The position numbers were made by a program, and so were the translations under genes. A stretch of 64,000 bases of DNA, from assembly GCA_025603075.1 (NCBI GenBank), contig MU626326.1, positions 36,691-100,690 of the forward strand, given 5' to 3'. Positions 34,328-47,661 of this stretch are shown here, piece after piece (position 1 is the stretch's first letter; every line of letters begins with the position of its first letter). The notes below the pieces were generated by a model. That model was not told the DNA's origin. It searched no databases and worked only from the letters and a program-made list of their open reading frames with translations. This DNA comes from Neoconidiobolus thromboides FSU 785 (Eukaryota; Fungi; Entomophthoromycota).

Positions 34328-35073
34328 TATGTTAAAAATTTGGTTTCTTCATTTTAAATTTTTAAAATTTAAGTTAAACAGTTGTGTCCCATTTTATTTT
34401 TTGATCCTTATTGAATCAAATTTACTGTAGGAAAAATACAAACTAATTAATATCAAAATAAAAATATTATTTAGAGCATTGTTTAGAAAAGGTTTATGAT
34501 AAGCTTCAATTTTACGTTTGTCAAAACTATAATACTAATTTGAAATTTAAAATATGCGAAAACTTATGTTTTTCTATACAAGAAAAAGTATATATATGAA
34601 ACGTTATTTTTCCTTCAAGCATTTGTTCACTTTTTAAGCATAATTTTATATATTAATTTCTTATACACAAAACATTTCCTCATACTTATTTCTATAACAT
34701 TTACATCCAAATTCAGTTGCTGCATTACATATGATGATTTTTTTAATTACCTTTACATACAAATTTTTAGTAGCTTTGTGTTATAAACTAAGATTATGTA
34801 GCATAAAAAATTTATCTTTTTACATATAGCTTGTTACATTATATATAGTCCAATTTGATTTTAGTTTATAGGTAAATCCGTACCTTTTACATACATTTTA
34901 CATACATTTTACATATCTAGAAGCTTTACAAATTTTATATTATACAATTTATTTAAGGAATAACTTAGCTCTTTAACTATAAATTAGTATAAGTATCAGC
35001 TTTCCTACATAAATCGATTCTTCTCTACTTGCTTCAGACCAAAAAATAGGTAATACTTTTAACCATTTGATAT

Positions 35074-35477
35074 TGTGAAATATCGCTTTGTCAGCCCCAT
35101 GGTTAATTATAGCATAATAATCCCCTAAACTGTCGTGTCCTCGAGTTCAGAGACAATCAATCTCATGCTCTTATTTTGACTTGGTATGAAATTTATACCC
35201 TCGTCTCAAAGAATATTGTCTTCTCCTTTTGATATCTATACTTTTCGGAGTATAAAAGAGATTCTAGAACATGGTAGCTTGAGGCTTTTTAACTAAGTTA
35301 TTCCCTGATATATCATACATTTAATAAAGTCACTAAGTTTACTTAATAGTATTTTATGTAGATTCTACATTAGTATTGTCTATTTTATTTGTCTTACATG
35401 GTCCATAGCCTATTACGTGCTATTCTCCATAATCCAAGTATACCTTAGTCATATAAACTAAGACCTTTCGACTTACA
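35074..35477 (+). mobile_element. Solo-LTR-like element, copy 2 (~404 bp)
   Basis: Collinear with 11790-12194. Ends are TG...CA, with TATAAAAG at 35251 and AATAAA at 35323. Confidence 0.6.
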
Positions 35478-37562
35478 GTATAGTCAACCAGGCAATAGCT
35501 GTTTTTGACTCCAATCACTGAGTACCAGATTTCACAGATATAGCTGCTTTGCTTTTACGGTTAGCTTTTAATTATTAGATTCCCCTCATTTATCATTACA
35601 GTATAAGCGTATTTTGCTATTCATTTCACTGTGTTATAACAACTCATTTTACTAATTATATTTCTTTTTTAGTAGTTAAATGCTATCTTTACTCCTAAAA
35701 ATAATAATAATAGTAAATTATACAAAATATTCATCTAGAAAAGCTAGCACCTTGTATTATAAGTATTTTTTATTCGAGATGCACTCAAAATCAAACAGTA
35801 ATATAGTCCTACTTTTGGTTATTCATTAAACTAAATTCAATAACACTAGTAATGATAATATTATTATACCAAACTGATTACTATTTTTATTGAAATTGTA
35901 AGAAATTCTGGTATTGTGAATATTTTCTATAAATTTTTTTGAACCAATTATATTCCAAAACTTAAAATACCTAATAAATCAAATTGGGCTATATTGTTAC
36001 TAATCTGTTAGTTTTAAATGACCCACTTATTATTAAAAGCAAAAACTATATAAAATGTTCTTTAATTGATACTAATATTTCCGTTTTAAATTCTTACTTA
36101 TTATTATTAAATGCTAACAATATAAATAAATAGTGTTGTATCAGAAATTAGCTATTTAGAAAGCTGAACATATTAATAAGTCTTATTATCATTAATAATA
36201 CTATATTATAAAAATAATAAATAATAAACTTAGACAAATGTCAATAAAAAAATAAAAAAATACACCCTCATATGTTTACTAATTTGGTAAATATTTTTAG
36301 AGATTAAGTTGGTGTGAATTTAATAAATAGGGAAAATAAAAATAATAGCATGAAAAATAACAAAATTGTTATCATTGTAGTATTGTTTATTATAGCATTG
36401 CTACTGTTATTTTAAGAAGTTTTAGTCAAAATTTCAGCTTTTTCTTATTTATTACAATAAATACCATTACTTAGTTTTGGAAGTTAATTATTAATAAGTA
36501 ATTCTGCTGTTAGTAAAGTTAAGTTGAAGTATTTAAATGATTATTTAAATAAATCGGATTTTTTTCATACGTTTTTTTAATAGCTTTTTCAGCTTTATTG
36601 TCTAAATGATTTTTTTATTTTTGTTTTTTCTTTAATATTTTTACGTTAGGCTTAAAACATTTTAACTTACTTTCAACATGTCAATATTATATATATATAA
36701 GTAAACTTAAGTTTGAAATTGAAGCAGAATGCTTACTATTTTTAAATATGTTAGCATAACTGTTAAAAATATATAATGAAAGAGAGGTGATATAGTTTTA
36801 AGGTAATATCATATTTTAAAAATCCTTTAAGTTTTATATTTTAAATTGGTTTAATATAGTAATATCTAAAGTTATTCTTTTTTTTAATCTTTATGATTCA
36901 AAAACTGATATAAAGTTTTAAAATTGATACTTGTTTTTTTGTCATTTTATTTTTGTTTTTATTTTTATTTTTATCACAGTTATTTACTTTTATTTCAGTC
37001 ATATTTTGTTTTTATTTTTTTTGACTTATAATTATCTAATTCCAACTTTGACTTATAATGAAACTTAAAGCTTTTATTACAGGTTGGTTTAATTTAATTT
37101 TTGCTTTTTGAGTTATTTTTTAATATAGTTAGTAATAAAAACAAGGATTTAATTAATGGTAGAAATATTTCATTTTTATTTTCAAATGTATTATATGATT
37201 TTTCATAATTAAGATAAACAGATTTAAAAAAATTAGCTTTAAAGACATAATTGTTTATAAGAACTAGATTATTTTGTTTTATAACTTCTTTTAAGATTTA
37301 CTTTTCTATTATTAAAATACTAAATTAAGTACATTTATTTTAAAAAAATACTTTTATTGTCTAAGTCTATGGTGCTTTTTTATGCTTAGTTTGATTATTA
37401 GTTTATTTTAATTATTTATTTTACACTTAAAAGTAAATTGATAATTATAAAAAAAATTGAGATAAATTAAGGTAAAACTATATTATATTGGCAATGTATT
37501 TAAATCTAATATAAGAAGTAGTTTTTGTTTAAAAAGTTTCCTATTTTTGTACTAACTCCTGT

Positions 37563-37664
37563 TCAATTAAATCAGGAATATTAAATTGATGGATGCTTTG
37601 CTTATTATAAAAAATTATTACCCATTAAAGCCAATCAGGATCTTCATTTCCCTGATTTAATTGA
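37563..37664. repeat. 14-bp perfect inverted repeat enclosing a 74-bp spacer
   Basis: TCAATTAAATCAGG (37563-37576) and CCTGATTTAATTGA (37651-37664). Confidence 0.6.
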
Positions 37665-39071
37665 TCAATTTTTTTAAATAAATCAAGTGCTTTTGCCCAT
37701 GCAAAGTTTTAAGTTTTCATTTTTTGAAGCTATTAACAATATTCACTATTAAGATTGGGAAACTTCAAAATTTAAAAAGAGCTATAATTTATTAAAACAT
37801 TGCTAATGAGTAATAGTTAAATGTATTTATTTGAATTAAGTTATACACAGTTGAAATCTTATAAAAGCTAATTAAAAACTACATTTTTTACACTCTTTTT
37901 GTTTCCATTTATTTTCTATTACCTTCATTTTATTGATAAGGGACTTAAAACAATGCTTTGTAAGGGATAATACAGAGAAGGGGAGTGAGTTAAAACATAA
38001 CATCGGAAGGCTATTAAAATAAAGCAAGATAATATAAAATCTTCTGATTAGACACATGATATTGTTTTTTAGTTTAAAAGTTATAATAAATTTTGATACT
38101 AAGTTCAAATTTTTCTGCATTTTCACTTCTGCTGTTATTAAATCGTTATTTAGTCCTATTACATTAACTAGAATAATAATATTACTAACATTTTGAAATC
38201 TAGATATAGTAATTTAAAGCTTGTAGTTAGACAGATGCTCGACATAAATAATAGGGGACTTATGATATATATAGAGTTATTGCCATTAGTGAAAAAAAAT
38301 CCAATCGTATCTTAATATCTCTTCTAAAAATAAAGGAATTAGAAGCCCAGCTGAGGACACTTTTATCTAAAAACGTTAAAATTTGATAAATCCCAAACTT
38401 TAAGTTACTATTTAAAACTGTGTAAATATTATACGTGTATAGCTTTTATGTACTTAATACCATAACCATTGCTGATTTCTAATTACATATCTCATGTATA
38501 TCTTTATTGTTATATTTGCATATAAGTGTTTATTGGTGTATATAAGTCATAATTACTTTTATACACAAATTAATGATTCATGGGTTATATAGTTTACTGC
38601 TATTATACTGATATTAGTGCTCTTTTATTTCGTGCTTTTGTGCTTATAATCCCCCTCAAATCACCGGTATCCATAGCATATATTATATTGTCTTAAGTAT
38701 TAATAACTTTAATAATTTAAAAAAGTAAAATGTTTAATCTTTAAATTAAATTTTAAGTTTTTTATAAATAAAAGCCTTTAAAAGTAATTGATAAATAAAT
38801 ACAAAGCCTTTTAAGTCCTTTGAAGTTTAAAAATATTATCAATACCTTTAAATACATATTACAAACAAAAATTATCTTACATAACTTTAAAGTACTCACG
38901 CTATATCTTTTTGTGTTAATGGTAATGTAAACAAAATATTGCGACGCTTTTGGATTACAAAAAATACTTATCTGTTAGATTGAATTTTAAAGATACATAC
39001 TATGGATAAGGTTTGAAGTTGTTTATAGTTATGTTACAGTGAAAAGGGGCTAAACTTAAGAACAATACAAA

Positions 39072-39161
39072 GGGGTATATTTTTTTGTTTAAGAATTTTA
39101 CTAACAATCTTTCCACTCAAATAGCGCTTAAAAAATGGAAAAAGTAATGTAACTAAAAAAC
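39072..39161 (+). mobile_element. MITE family A, copy 7 (right TIR eroded)
   Basis: GGGGTATATTTTTTTG...AAGAATTTTACTAACAATCTTTCCACTCAAATAGCGCTTAAAAAATGG core. Confidence 0.75.
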
Positions 39162-39792
39162 AATCTTGAGTATGAAAATCAACTTCAACACAAATTTCCG
39201 ATTTTAAATTTCTAGTCATTCTTGAGCAATTGTCCTATATATAAAAATGACTTTTATATGGAGTTTAATAAAACTTTTGGGGGTTGATAAAGGTATGTAT
39301 TTATTTTAAAAGGATTTATTTTAATAAATGTATCATTGTAGTTAAATGATGTTATTATGGTATTTCTTTAGGTTTAGCGTTATATGTTTAGTGTATAATT
39401 TGTAGAATAAAACCCCTTAATACTTAACAATACTAAATATGTTTTAAAGACTGATTTTAATCTAAATTTAAGTTATTGGTTGGAATAGATTTATGAATAT
39501 TTATTGATTTAGTTATAGTGTTAACACTATTATTATTGTCAATGAATAAAATACAAATAAGAGAAATAAAATGAAAGAACATGAAAATAGTTAAAGCCAA
39601 TAAAAATGGTTTGGAGAAATTAGAAAGTGGATGTAGTTTCAACCAATTAATATTAAAAAAAGTCTACAATACATCATCATTTATTGGCCATAATAAGTGA
39701 ATCTAAAGTTTAACTTATTAAAAGCAAACACATCATCTATAAATTCAATTTTTTAAGTTAAACTTTTTTAATTTATAATAGAAAAATAAAAT

Positions 39793-40325
39793 ATGTCTTG
39801 GCAAGCTTATATTGATTCCTCCTTACTTGGTTCAGGCTCTATTACAAAAGCTGCTATCATCGGTCATGATGGTAGTGTATGGGCTGCTTCCGAAGGTTTC
39901 ACTGTATTTTTTTTAATCTTTTTTAAATTAGTTTTGACTAAAGATTTAGGTAAAACCAGAAGAAGCTTCAACTATTCTTAAAGGGTATAGTGATGCTTCC
40001 GTACTTACTACTAGTGGAATTAAATTAAATGGTGAAAAATACTTTTATATTCGTTCCGATGATAGAACTATTAATGGCAAGCTTGTAAGTTGAATAATTT
40101 AATATAAAATAAACAGTATTCTAAGTAAAAACTTATTAGGGAGAAGGAGGTGTTTTCTGTGTTAAAACAGGTATGTCTATCATCATAGGTGTATACGATG
40201 ATACTGTTAAACCTGGACAAGCCTCAATTGTCGTTGAAAAACTTGCTGATTACTTAATTGATGCTGGTTATGTAAGTTATTTTTTTGAACTTATTTTTTT
40301 TTTTATTTAATCTTTTAATTAGTAA
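39793..40325 (+). CDS. PFY1: Profilin (four exons)
   Basis: [15 protein letters not shown]...[42 protein letters not shown]. Confidence 0.95.
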
Positions 40326-41025
40326 ACTGCTTTGGGTTTATGTATGTTTTAGCTTAACTTGAATTAAGAACATTTATTATCTTCATTTCATTTGTTCATT
40401 ATAATAAAAAGTTTGGTGCAAGTTAATTTTTGATTTTAGCATTACATCATTCGTAATTTAAATACTATTGTTTACTTCTGAGTTTATTAAAATAGCTTTA
40501 TGTTATAATATATACGTCATTTAAATTACTCGTATATAAAATAGTTTTGTACAGTTTTAAAAATATAAGCATCTGTATATATTATAATATAACCAAATGG
40601 AATTAGTATATTAAGATTTTTTTTATTTATAATCAAACTCTATATCAGAACGTTGAACATTATCTTTTATCATATTCATGTCAAGTATCCTTGAAAATAT
40701 TAAATTATTATAAAAGTTCAATAGATGCTAAATCAAATTTAAACATTAAAATACTAAACTAAATATTAAATACTAAAATATTGATTAAAAAAATAGCTCC
40801 GTTAAACACTTAAGTCATACTACTTTATATATTAAAATATTTGACATGAACTAAACATATCAGCCATAAATAACAAAAGGTACAGTAATCAACAAATAAT
40901 GATAAAACGTAACTAATGATAAAAGAAAATCAAAATGATAATTAGATAATAAAGTTAAGCTTAAGAATTATATTTTGTTACTATAATAGAATATATTTCA
41001 AGTTGACATTTGAAATTTCATCCCT

Positions 41026-42004
41026 TTATAATTGAGTTCTAAGATGCTCACTTTCAGTTAATGCATTTGTCCATCCTAATTTTAACCTCTCTAATAATTC
41101 GTCTTTTTCAACAAATAACTGAATAATCCATTGTCTTAATTTCTCTTGTTCCTCTGGTAGTTCATTAATGCTAAACCTTCTTACATGGATGTGGAACTGG
41201 TATTCTCTTAAATGGGATAATGTATGAATATCCACTATACTTGGATAAACCCCAAATCCTTTAGTACGATGAGAATATGCCATTGTAATATCGTACACGT
41301 GCTCAATATGACTATTACGTAATTTAGATAAACTTATTAAGAACCCTTTAGTACGTGGAAATAAAACGTTATTCAATACCGGTAGTTGATTTTTTTGGCT
41401 AAATTTTTGACTCTAAATAAAGAAAATTAAATCTGATTAAATAAATAAAATTGAAAATAAAATATACCTCAATACATTTACTCATAGAAAACCTTGAGCC
41501 TTCTAAATATGATACTAACCATACTGGATGTTTATTTCTAATTAGTTTACCAAATGTAGCATCAATCTTCTTTTCATCTTTACTCCAATCTCTTTTTAAA
41601 AACAACATACCCATTAAATACATACCCCATCCAAAAAATGGTAAATATTTTAGAGAGTCTTTAATAAAATATCTTATATGTCCTAACATATTTTTTCTAT
41701 TGGCAACAGCATTGATCATATAATAATCCGACCAAGACCTATGGTTGCTTATTACCATTGCACTTTCATCATCTGGAATAAAATCTCCGGAAAACGTAAT
41801 TTTAGCTTGTCGTTTATCTTCAAAAATATATTGCATTACTTGCCACATGGTACTAAGTAAATAAGAATTGATATCATAACTTAATTTGGATGAGAATGGC
41901 CATAATGGTATGCTAAAGATTTGTAAACTGTTAAGCACACAACATAGCCCAAACAAACTGGTACTATAAAATACACTTCGCCCTCCTTTCACTAATAAAT
42001 CCAT
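41026..42004 (-). CDS. Lysophospholipid acyltransferase (PlsC/AGPAT, LCLAT1/Cst26-like), two exons
   Basis: SNHRSWSD (NHxxxxD), FLKRDW.KD, LEGSRF, VLFPRTKGF and VYDITMAY. Confidence 0.9.
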
Positions 42005-42622
42005 TTATTCTTTTAATTTCTACTTCTTTTTGACCTTTTTTGAAAAAACTTAGTGATCTAAATATGCTTTTGATTTTTATATTCAAATCAGCTGACTTTC
42101 CTCAATTTAATGCAAATATTAAATTTAATGCAAATAGTATTATTTGCACCTAAGTTTATAAGTTAATAAATAACAATAAGTTATTTTAATGCTCCCTTCG
42201 GAACACAATAAATGTCATACTTATTAGCAAAAAAAAAAGGAACAATATTGTCCCATATCCTAGACTAAAGTAAGATTAAATATACTGTAATAATCCATTT
42301 ACTTAAGACCTCTGGATAACTGCAAGAGGCAATATGAAAATAAACTTTGGTAAGAGATGCTTAAAATGATAAAAGAAATACTTACACCAACTTAGCTAAT
42401 TCATTTATTAATATAGTAAGCTTAACATGAAAACTGCGATAAAATATGTCAGTTATTATGTTCCAGAGAGAGTAATTGAATATAATAAAAACAAGAATTC
42501 AAATATATTTTATAAGCCAGCTTTGTAATAAAATAATAAACGCGACAATTTACATAAAAGTTATGAAAAAAGATAAATATATTCATAAAAAAGATTTAAT
42601 AAAAGAACGGAATACCATCTTA

Positions 42623-43617
42623 TTAGTCCTAAGATTAATTAATATCAAGTTTGAATTATATATAAATAACCTTACCATGCGTGCTTTTAAGTGTTTTACA
42701 ACGTGTTTCTCTGGGGTACTAAATAAATTAATTAAAATTAACCTATGATAATTTGAGTTATTTCTATAAACTTACAGGATGTGAACAACAGCTCCCCATC
42801 CAGAAAGACAGTCTCTATCTAAAGCAGAAAGCATAACCTGAGATATAGTTTCAAATAACTCATCTTCATTCTATTTAAATAATTATATTAATATTATAAT
42901 TTGAATAAAACATAGCTAAAAAACTGATCAAATAATAGTGACTTACCATATCAGGTTCCCAAAAAGCTTCACAGAGCCCATTAAGAGCGTTAGAAGCTAC
43001 ACCTGCAACAACAAAATCAGCTGGTTCACAAAGACATCCAATAACATCTGTACTAGAAATATATGGCTTTCCATTTTTATCAATACCAGCTATTACTGGT
43101 TCTACGAAATAAGGACCAAAGCTTAAAATTGGTGATTTAATACAATATAAATTCATAGTAAGAAATAAATTACCGCTTTTCATATAAAGTAGAAGCTACC
43201 ATATGTGCAAAAATTTTTGGTTCAACTTCACGTTCCTCTTTTAGTTTGTACATATTTGTTTTAAATCTAAAACGTTCGTTTCTAAAAAATAATCCGTAAA
43301 TTAATCACTCATTGAAATATTGAATAAAACATTTAAATCTCCTTTTAAACTGTCAAATTAATACAAAATGAATGCTTACAAAGTTTGTACATCAGTAGCT
43401 AACCCTGATAAACCAATCATAGTACGTTTATTAATTTCAAATATCTTTTTAAAATCACAACTAATAGTCATATTTTGTTGTCCCAATCTTTTATCTGAAG
43501 CAATAGCTACACATCCTTTACCAACCATAGCTACTATGGCTGATCCATTATATTCCATTATCGACTAAGTAATTATTAGTTTCAAATTGTATTTTGCCAT
43601 ACTATCTTGATTACCAT
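42623..43617 (-). CDS. PUP3: Proteasome subunit beta-3 (multi-exon)
   Basis: The ATG is followed by an intron, then [28 protein letters not shown]; later [12 protein letters not shown] and G.CE.FWEPDM; ends KHLKARMD*. Confidence 0.95.
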
Positions 43618-44209
43618 CTTTGTTGTATTATGTTTATTTAACTAAAACTTCTTAAGGATTTTTGCTGAGTGAAGTTGGTTTATTTTGGAAAAACGTCATC
43701 AGCTCAAGCTTTACTGCAAATTTTAATTGTTTGCTTTGGATTTAATGAATTTTAAGCCCACTCTCCATTGCAATAAATAAAATAAATATAGTTTAACTAT
43801 AATATCACAAATGTTAAATATAAGATATTAAAATGTGTGGAAGACAATTTCACTTAAATATTTTACCAAATTAACTTTTGGTCACAGGTATAGCTTCTAT
43901 CATATTTATAATAAATATTAGATGATCATTGATTTAATAATAAATATTATGAATAGCTTCTACAAAACATTCGGTCCTGCACTAATCATTAACGATCAAT
44001 AGCTTTTTATATAACTTAGACAACTCCAAAAATTCGATTAAAAGCTCCTATATTAAACCATACAAAAATAATGTCCACCTATTTATACTTTATTACAAAG
44101 ATATCTTTTTTGGTTTGATCAAGTTTCCATTTTTTTGAGCAATAATGAATAGAAAACTTTTAGAAGAGTTTATAGAAAAAATACATCAATCATAAATTAG
44201 ATATATAGA

Positions 44210-44280
44210 TGCAATGTCCGGGAATCGAACCCGGGGCTGCCGCGTGGCAGGCGGCAATTTTACCACTAAACCAACATTGC
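44210..44280 (-). tRNA. tRNA-Gly(GCC)
   Basis: GCAATGT acceptor, anticodon arm GCCGC-CTGCCAC-GCGGC, T-loop GTTCGATTC. Confidence 0.93.
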
Positions 44281-44514
44281 TTATCATCCAGATTCGGATG
44301 GAATATATAATCTAAAAAAATAGAGAATAATTTTGTTTTAATATTTAAATTTGGAATTAGATGAAAAGTAGACGAATAGTAAAACACCGTAGGAACTTTA
44401 ATATTAATAAATTTTATAGACAAATCTATAGTCATTTATTATCCTTTACATAACTTGATTATCTTTTTAAATAATATAACTCATTACAGCCTTTTACATT
44501 TAAAAGTGTTTATT

Positions 44515-47429
44515 TTACATCCTTAGTCTACAAAATAAAGCATTATGATCCACCTTCTCCCTTAAATATCGACCATAAAAACCCACTTGAAACCCTTCCG
44601 GTTTAAATGTAAATTTTTGATACAAAATAAGAGCTGGATTAGTAGCAGATACATGCAAAGTTAAATCTTTATGTTTTGCAGACATAGCTAAATGATATAA
44701 CATAAATTTAGCTATACCTATTTTTTGAAATTTAGGGTCCACAGCAAGATAAGTTATATAACATTCAGGTGTCATGAACCCAACTCCAATTAGTTGATAA
44801 CCATAAAACGCAAGAATTGAATATTCAGGATATTGTAAACTTTCTTTCACTAAGGAAATTTAATATTATATGGTTTTTATGGATTATTAAATATTAATTA
44901 CTATCAATTCCTGGCCAAAACATAGATTGTAAAAATGTGTTAACTTGATCTAAATATTTGTTATCCATATAACAAAAATCAATAGGTATTTTTAAATCCC
45001 ATTCACTAATACCAAAATATATTAATATTAAATATCTATTATATAATATAATAGCAACTTACTATATATTTAAATTATGATTTTTATATTGATGATTCTG
45101 TATTAAATATAATGTTTTTAAATAGACAGGTAATTTATTAGGTCCTAATTTATAAACTCTTCTTATATATGGTTGTAATACTACTTGATTGTAAGGTGAT
45201 ATTCTTAAACTTTGATTTTCTAGTTTTTGTATTGAGTTAATATTTCCATATATTCTAGATGCAAAAGAATTGGAATATGGAGTAGCGTTGATCTAATAAA
45301 TACGTTAATAAATAATTACAATAAATAATTCTAATTCTAGTAATATAAAATAATATTACCTTAAACTCTTTGATTTTCTTATTAATATTACTCATACTAC
45401 TTTTACCATAATAAAATTCATCAATAGCTTTTTGATATTCATTATTTTTAACAATTCCACTATTGTTATTTTCCAAAGGTATAGTTGCTTTATCTTTATG
45501 TAGATAATTAAATATAAATTTATCAATATTAAATTCTTTTAATTCTAATGCTCTCTTATTCTAAAATAATATTAACAAAATTGATTGATTTAATTTATTA
45601 TTTACCCTTTTCAATTGTAATTTTCTTAACATCCTGTTACCATAACTTGGTAAGGGCTGAGTGCTATTTTGTAATTTTTGTAGAACTTCCCATTCTTGTT
45701 GATGAGACATATAAACTAAATTGCTATTGTTCATTTCTTTCATAAAATCTATAAACCCATTATTAATTGTTATTTTATCTGACTATTAAATATTTTGATT
45801 AATTATTGTTTTAATTTAGTTATAGAAACATTTACTATTTTTTCATCTGTTTCGCTATACGTTATATTTTCATTATTTTTTATATCTGATTCTAAACAAC
45901 ATTAGCAAGTGTTTAAAACAAAATACTAAATTTTTACTATCCTCTACTTTTAATGGCTCTTTTTTAATTATAATAGGACGAACTAAAAATAAATATAAAT
46001 ATAAAAATAAATACAATAATAACTTACAAAATACTCCATTTTCTACTTGTTCTCTTTTAACTTTTTTAATTTCTAATTCTTTGTTTTGATTCAAATATTT
46101 TCCATTCCATTCCATTCCATAATTAAAGTAATTCCTTTTATTGTTTTCATTATTATTACTATTGTTATTGTTGTCACTGTTATTCTCAACTTCATTTGAT
46201 TTAGCTTTGTTTATATCATCTTTAAATTTATTTATACTATGTTTGATCACCTGCTCTTGTCCTTCTTCTTCATCTGAAGTTGAACTCCATTGATCATAAT
46301 TATCTCCATTAAAATCTTCTGTTTCAGTACTTGTATCGCTTAAATTATCCATTTTATTTATAACTTTTAAATTATTTTTAATATTATAAGTAGTTTCTTT
46401 ATCTTCTATTTTTTCTATTTCTTTTTCTTTGACTTTTTCTATTTTGATTTTATCTTCTTTTTCTTTAACTGTCTTAACATCATTAATTCTATTATTTATA
46501 ATTATATTATTTGGATTTCCTCCTAAGCTTAGTATTTCTGGATCTAATTAAATCAGTTTAATATTTTATATAATTTAAGGTATTAATATAATTTACATGG
46601 CCCAATAGGTGCTTCAAAAATAGTTAATGCCCACCAACCTAAATAACATAAATAAAACTAAATAATAAATTAAAAATTAAAGTATAAAACTTACTTCTTT
46701 GACCTAAATCATTAATTCCGTTTTTAAATATTTTATTATTCACTGATAATGTACCAGATATAGTGTTTTTCCATGTAGCATACACTATAAATAAAATGAT
46801 ATTTAAAATAATATTTTGATTATTATATTAGATGAATTACTTTTTTTATCACCCATTAATAAACTCCAATTATTATTTAAAAAATCACAAATATCTTCTT
46901 TCAATTTAAAATAATAAGGTGCTTTTTCGTTAGTTGAACTGGATAATATTGTTTGATAAGTTAAATTATATAATACTAATTGTGCTACTGCACTCCTATA
47001 ATAATTGTCAAAAGTCAATTTTAGCTTTGGTTTGAGTAGGATATTAATTCAAAATAATTCCTAGTAATATTTTATAAAAAAGTAATAGAATCTATTGTTA
47101 CTTACCAACCCATATTAGCTCTTTCATAAACTTCTTGACCATTACAACGTTGGCAATTAAACCTCAAAAATGTATCGCCATAAAATAACTTCTCTGGTGG
47201 TGAAATTAAACATTCTATTTAATTAAACATTAACGTGTTCATGTAATTTAAAGATAATCATTTATTATTATTTACCTTCATGAAATTGAGCTTGACATTT
47301 CTCACATTGAATAACTTTTGTTCCTTCTTGTCTATTATTTTTATGTAAATATTTATTTATCATCATAATAAATTATTGAATTTACTTATCCAGCTTTCCT
47401 AAACAATAACAACTTGATAAATCGATCAT
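44515..47429 (-). CDS. KAT14: KAT14/CSRP2BP (ATAC2)-like GNAT acetyltransferase with N-terminal PHD-like finger, many exons
   Basis: Exons give CYC...QCEKCQAQFHE.C, YGDTFLRFNCQRC, LVLYNL...YFKLKEDICDFLNNNWSLL, TWKNTISGTLSV, FWPGID and a GNAT domain YITYLAVDPKFQKIGIAKFMLYHL...TLHVSATNPALILYQKF. Confidence 0.85.
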
Positions 47430-47661
47430 TTTAAAAAGTATAAAAGCTTGATCTTATAATTTTAAAATTGAACTTTATTTTTGACTTTAAATAGCAAATG
47501 AGATTGAATTCAAAAAATTTCAAATTTCATAATTTAGATCTTAATAATATAATAATAACTCTTTATTTTCTAGTTGGTAAAGAATAAAAGTATAAAATAA
47601 AAAGCCATTCCAATATCTAATAACAAATAAAAGATATTGAGATATACCCCCAACGAAGCCT

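Noticed and set aside
37970-37990. TACAGAGAAG, matching the U6 ACAGAGA box
   Set aside because: No downstream ATTAGCATGG or internal stem-loop.
37872-38410. Hydrophobic minus-strand frames that might be a decayed 7TM/GPCR-like gene
   Set aside because: Fragmented by stops with no diagnostic motif; AT-rich DNA readily gives Ile/Phe/Leu-rich frames.
40685-40692. GTATCCTT, a U12-type donor-like motif
   Set aside because: Intergenic, downstream of profilin, with no upstream exon or branch site.
43590-43602. TATGGCAAA in the first PUP3 intron, similar to the Rpn4 PACE element GGTGGCAAA
   Set aside because: Two mismatches, a single copy and an intronic position.
44190-44435. 81-aa ORF-track call
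   Set aside because: It runs through the tRNA-Gly gene and AT-rich flank; spurious.
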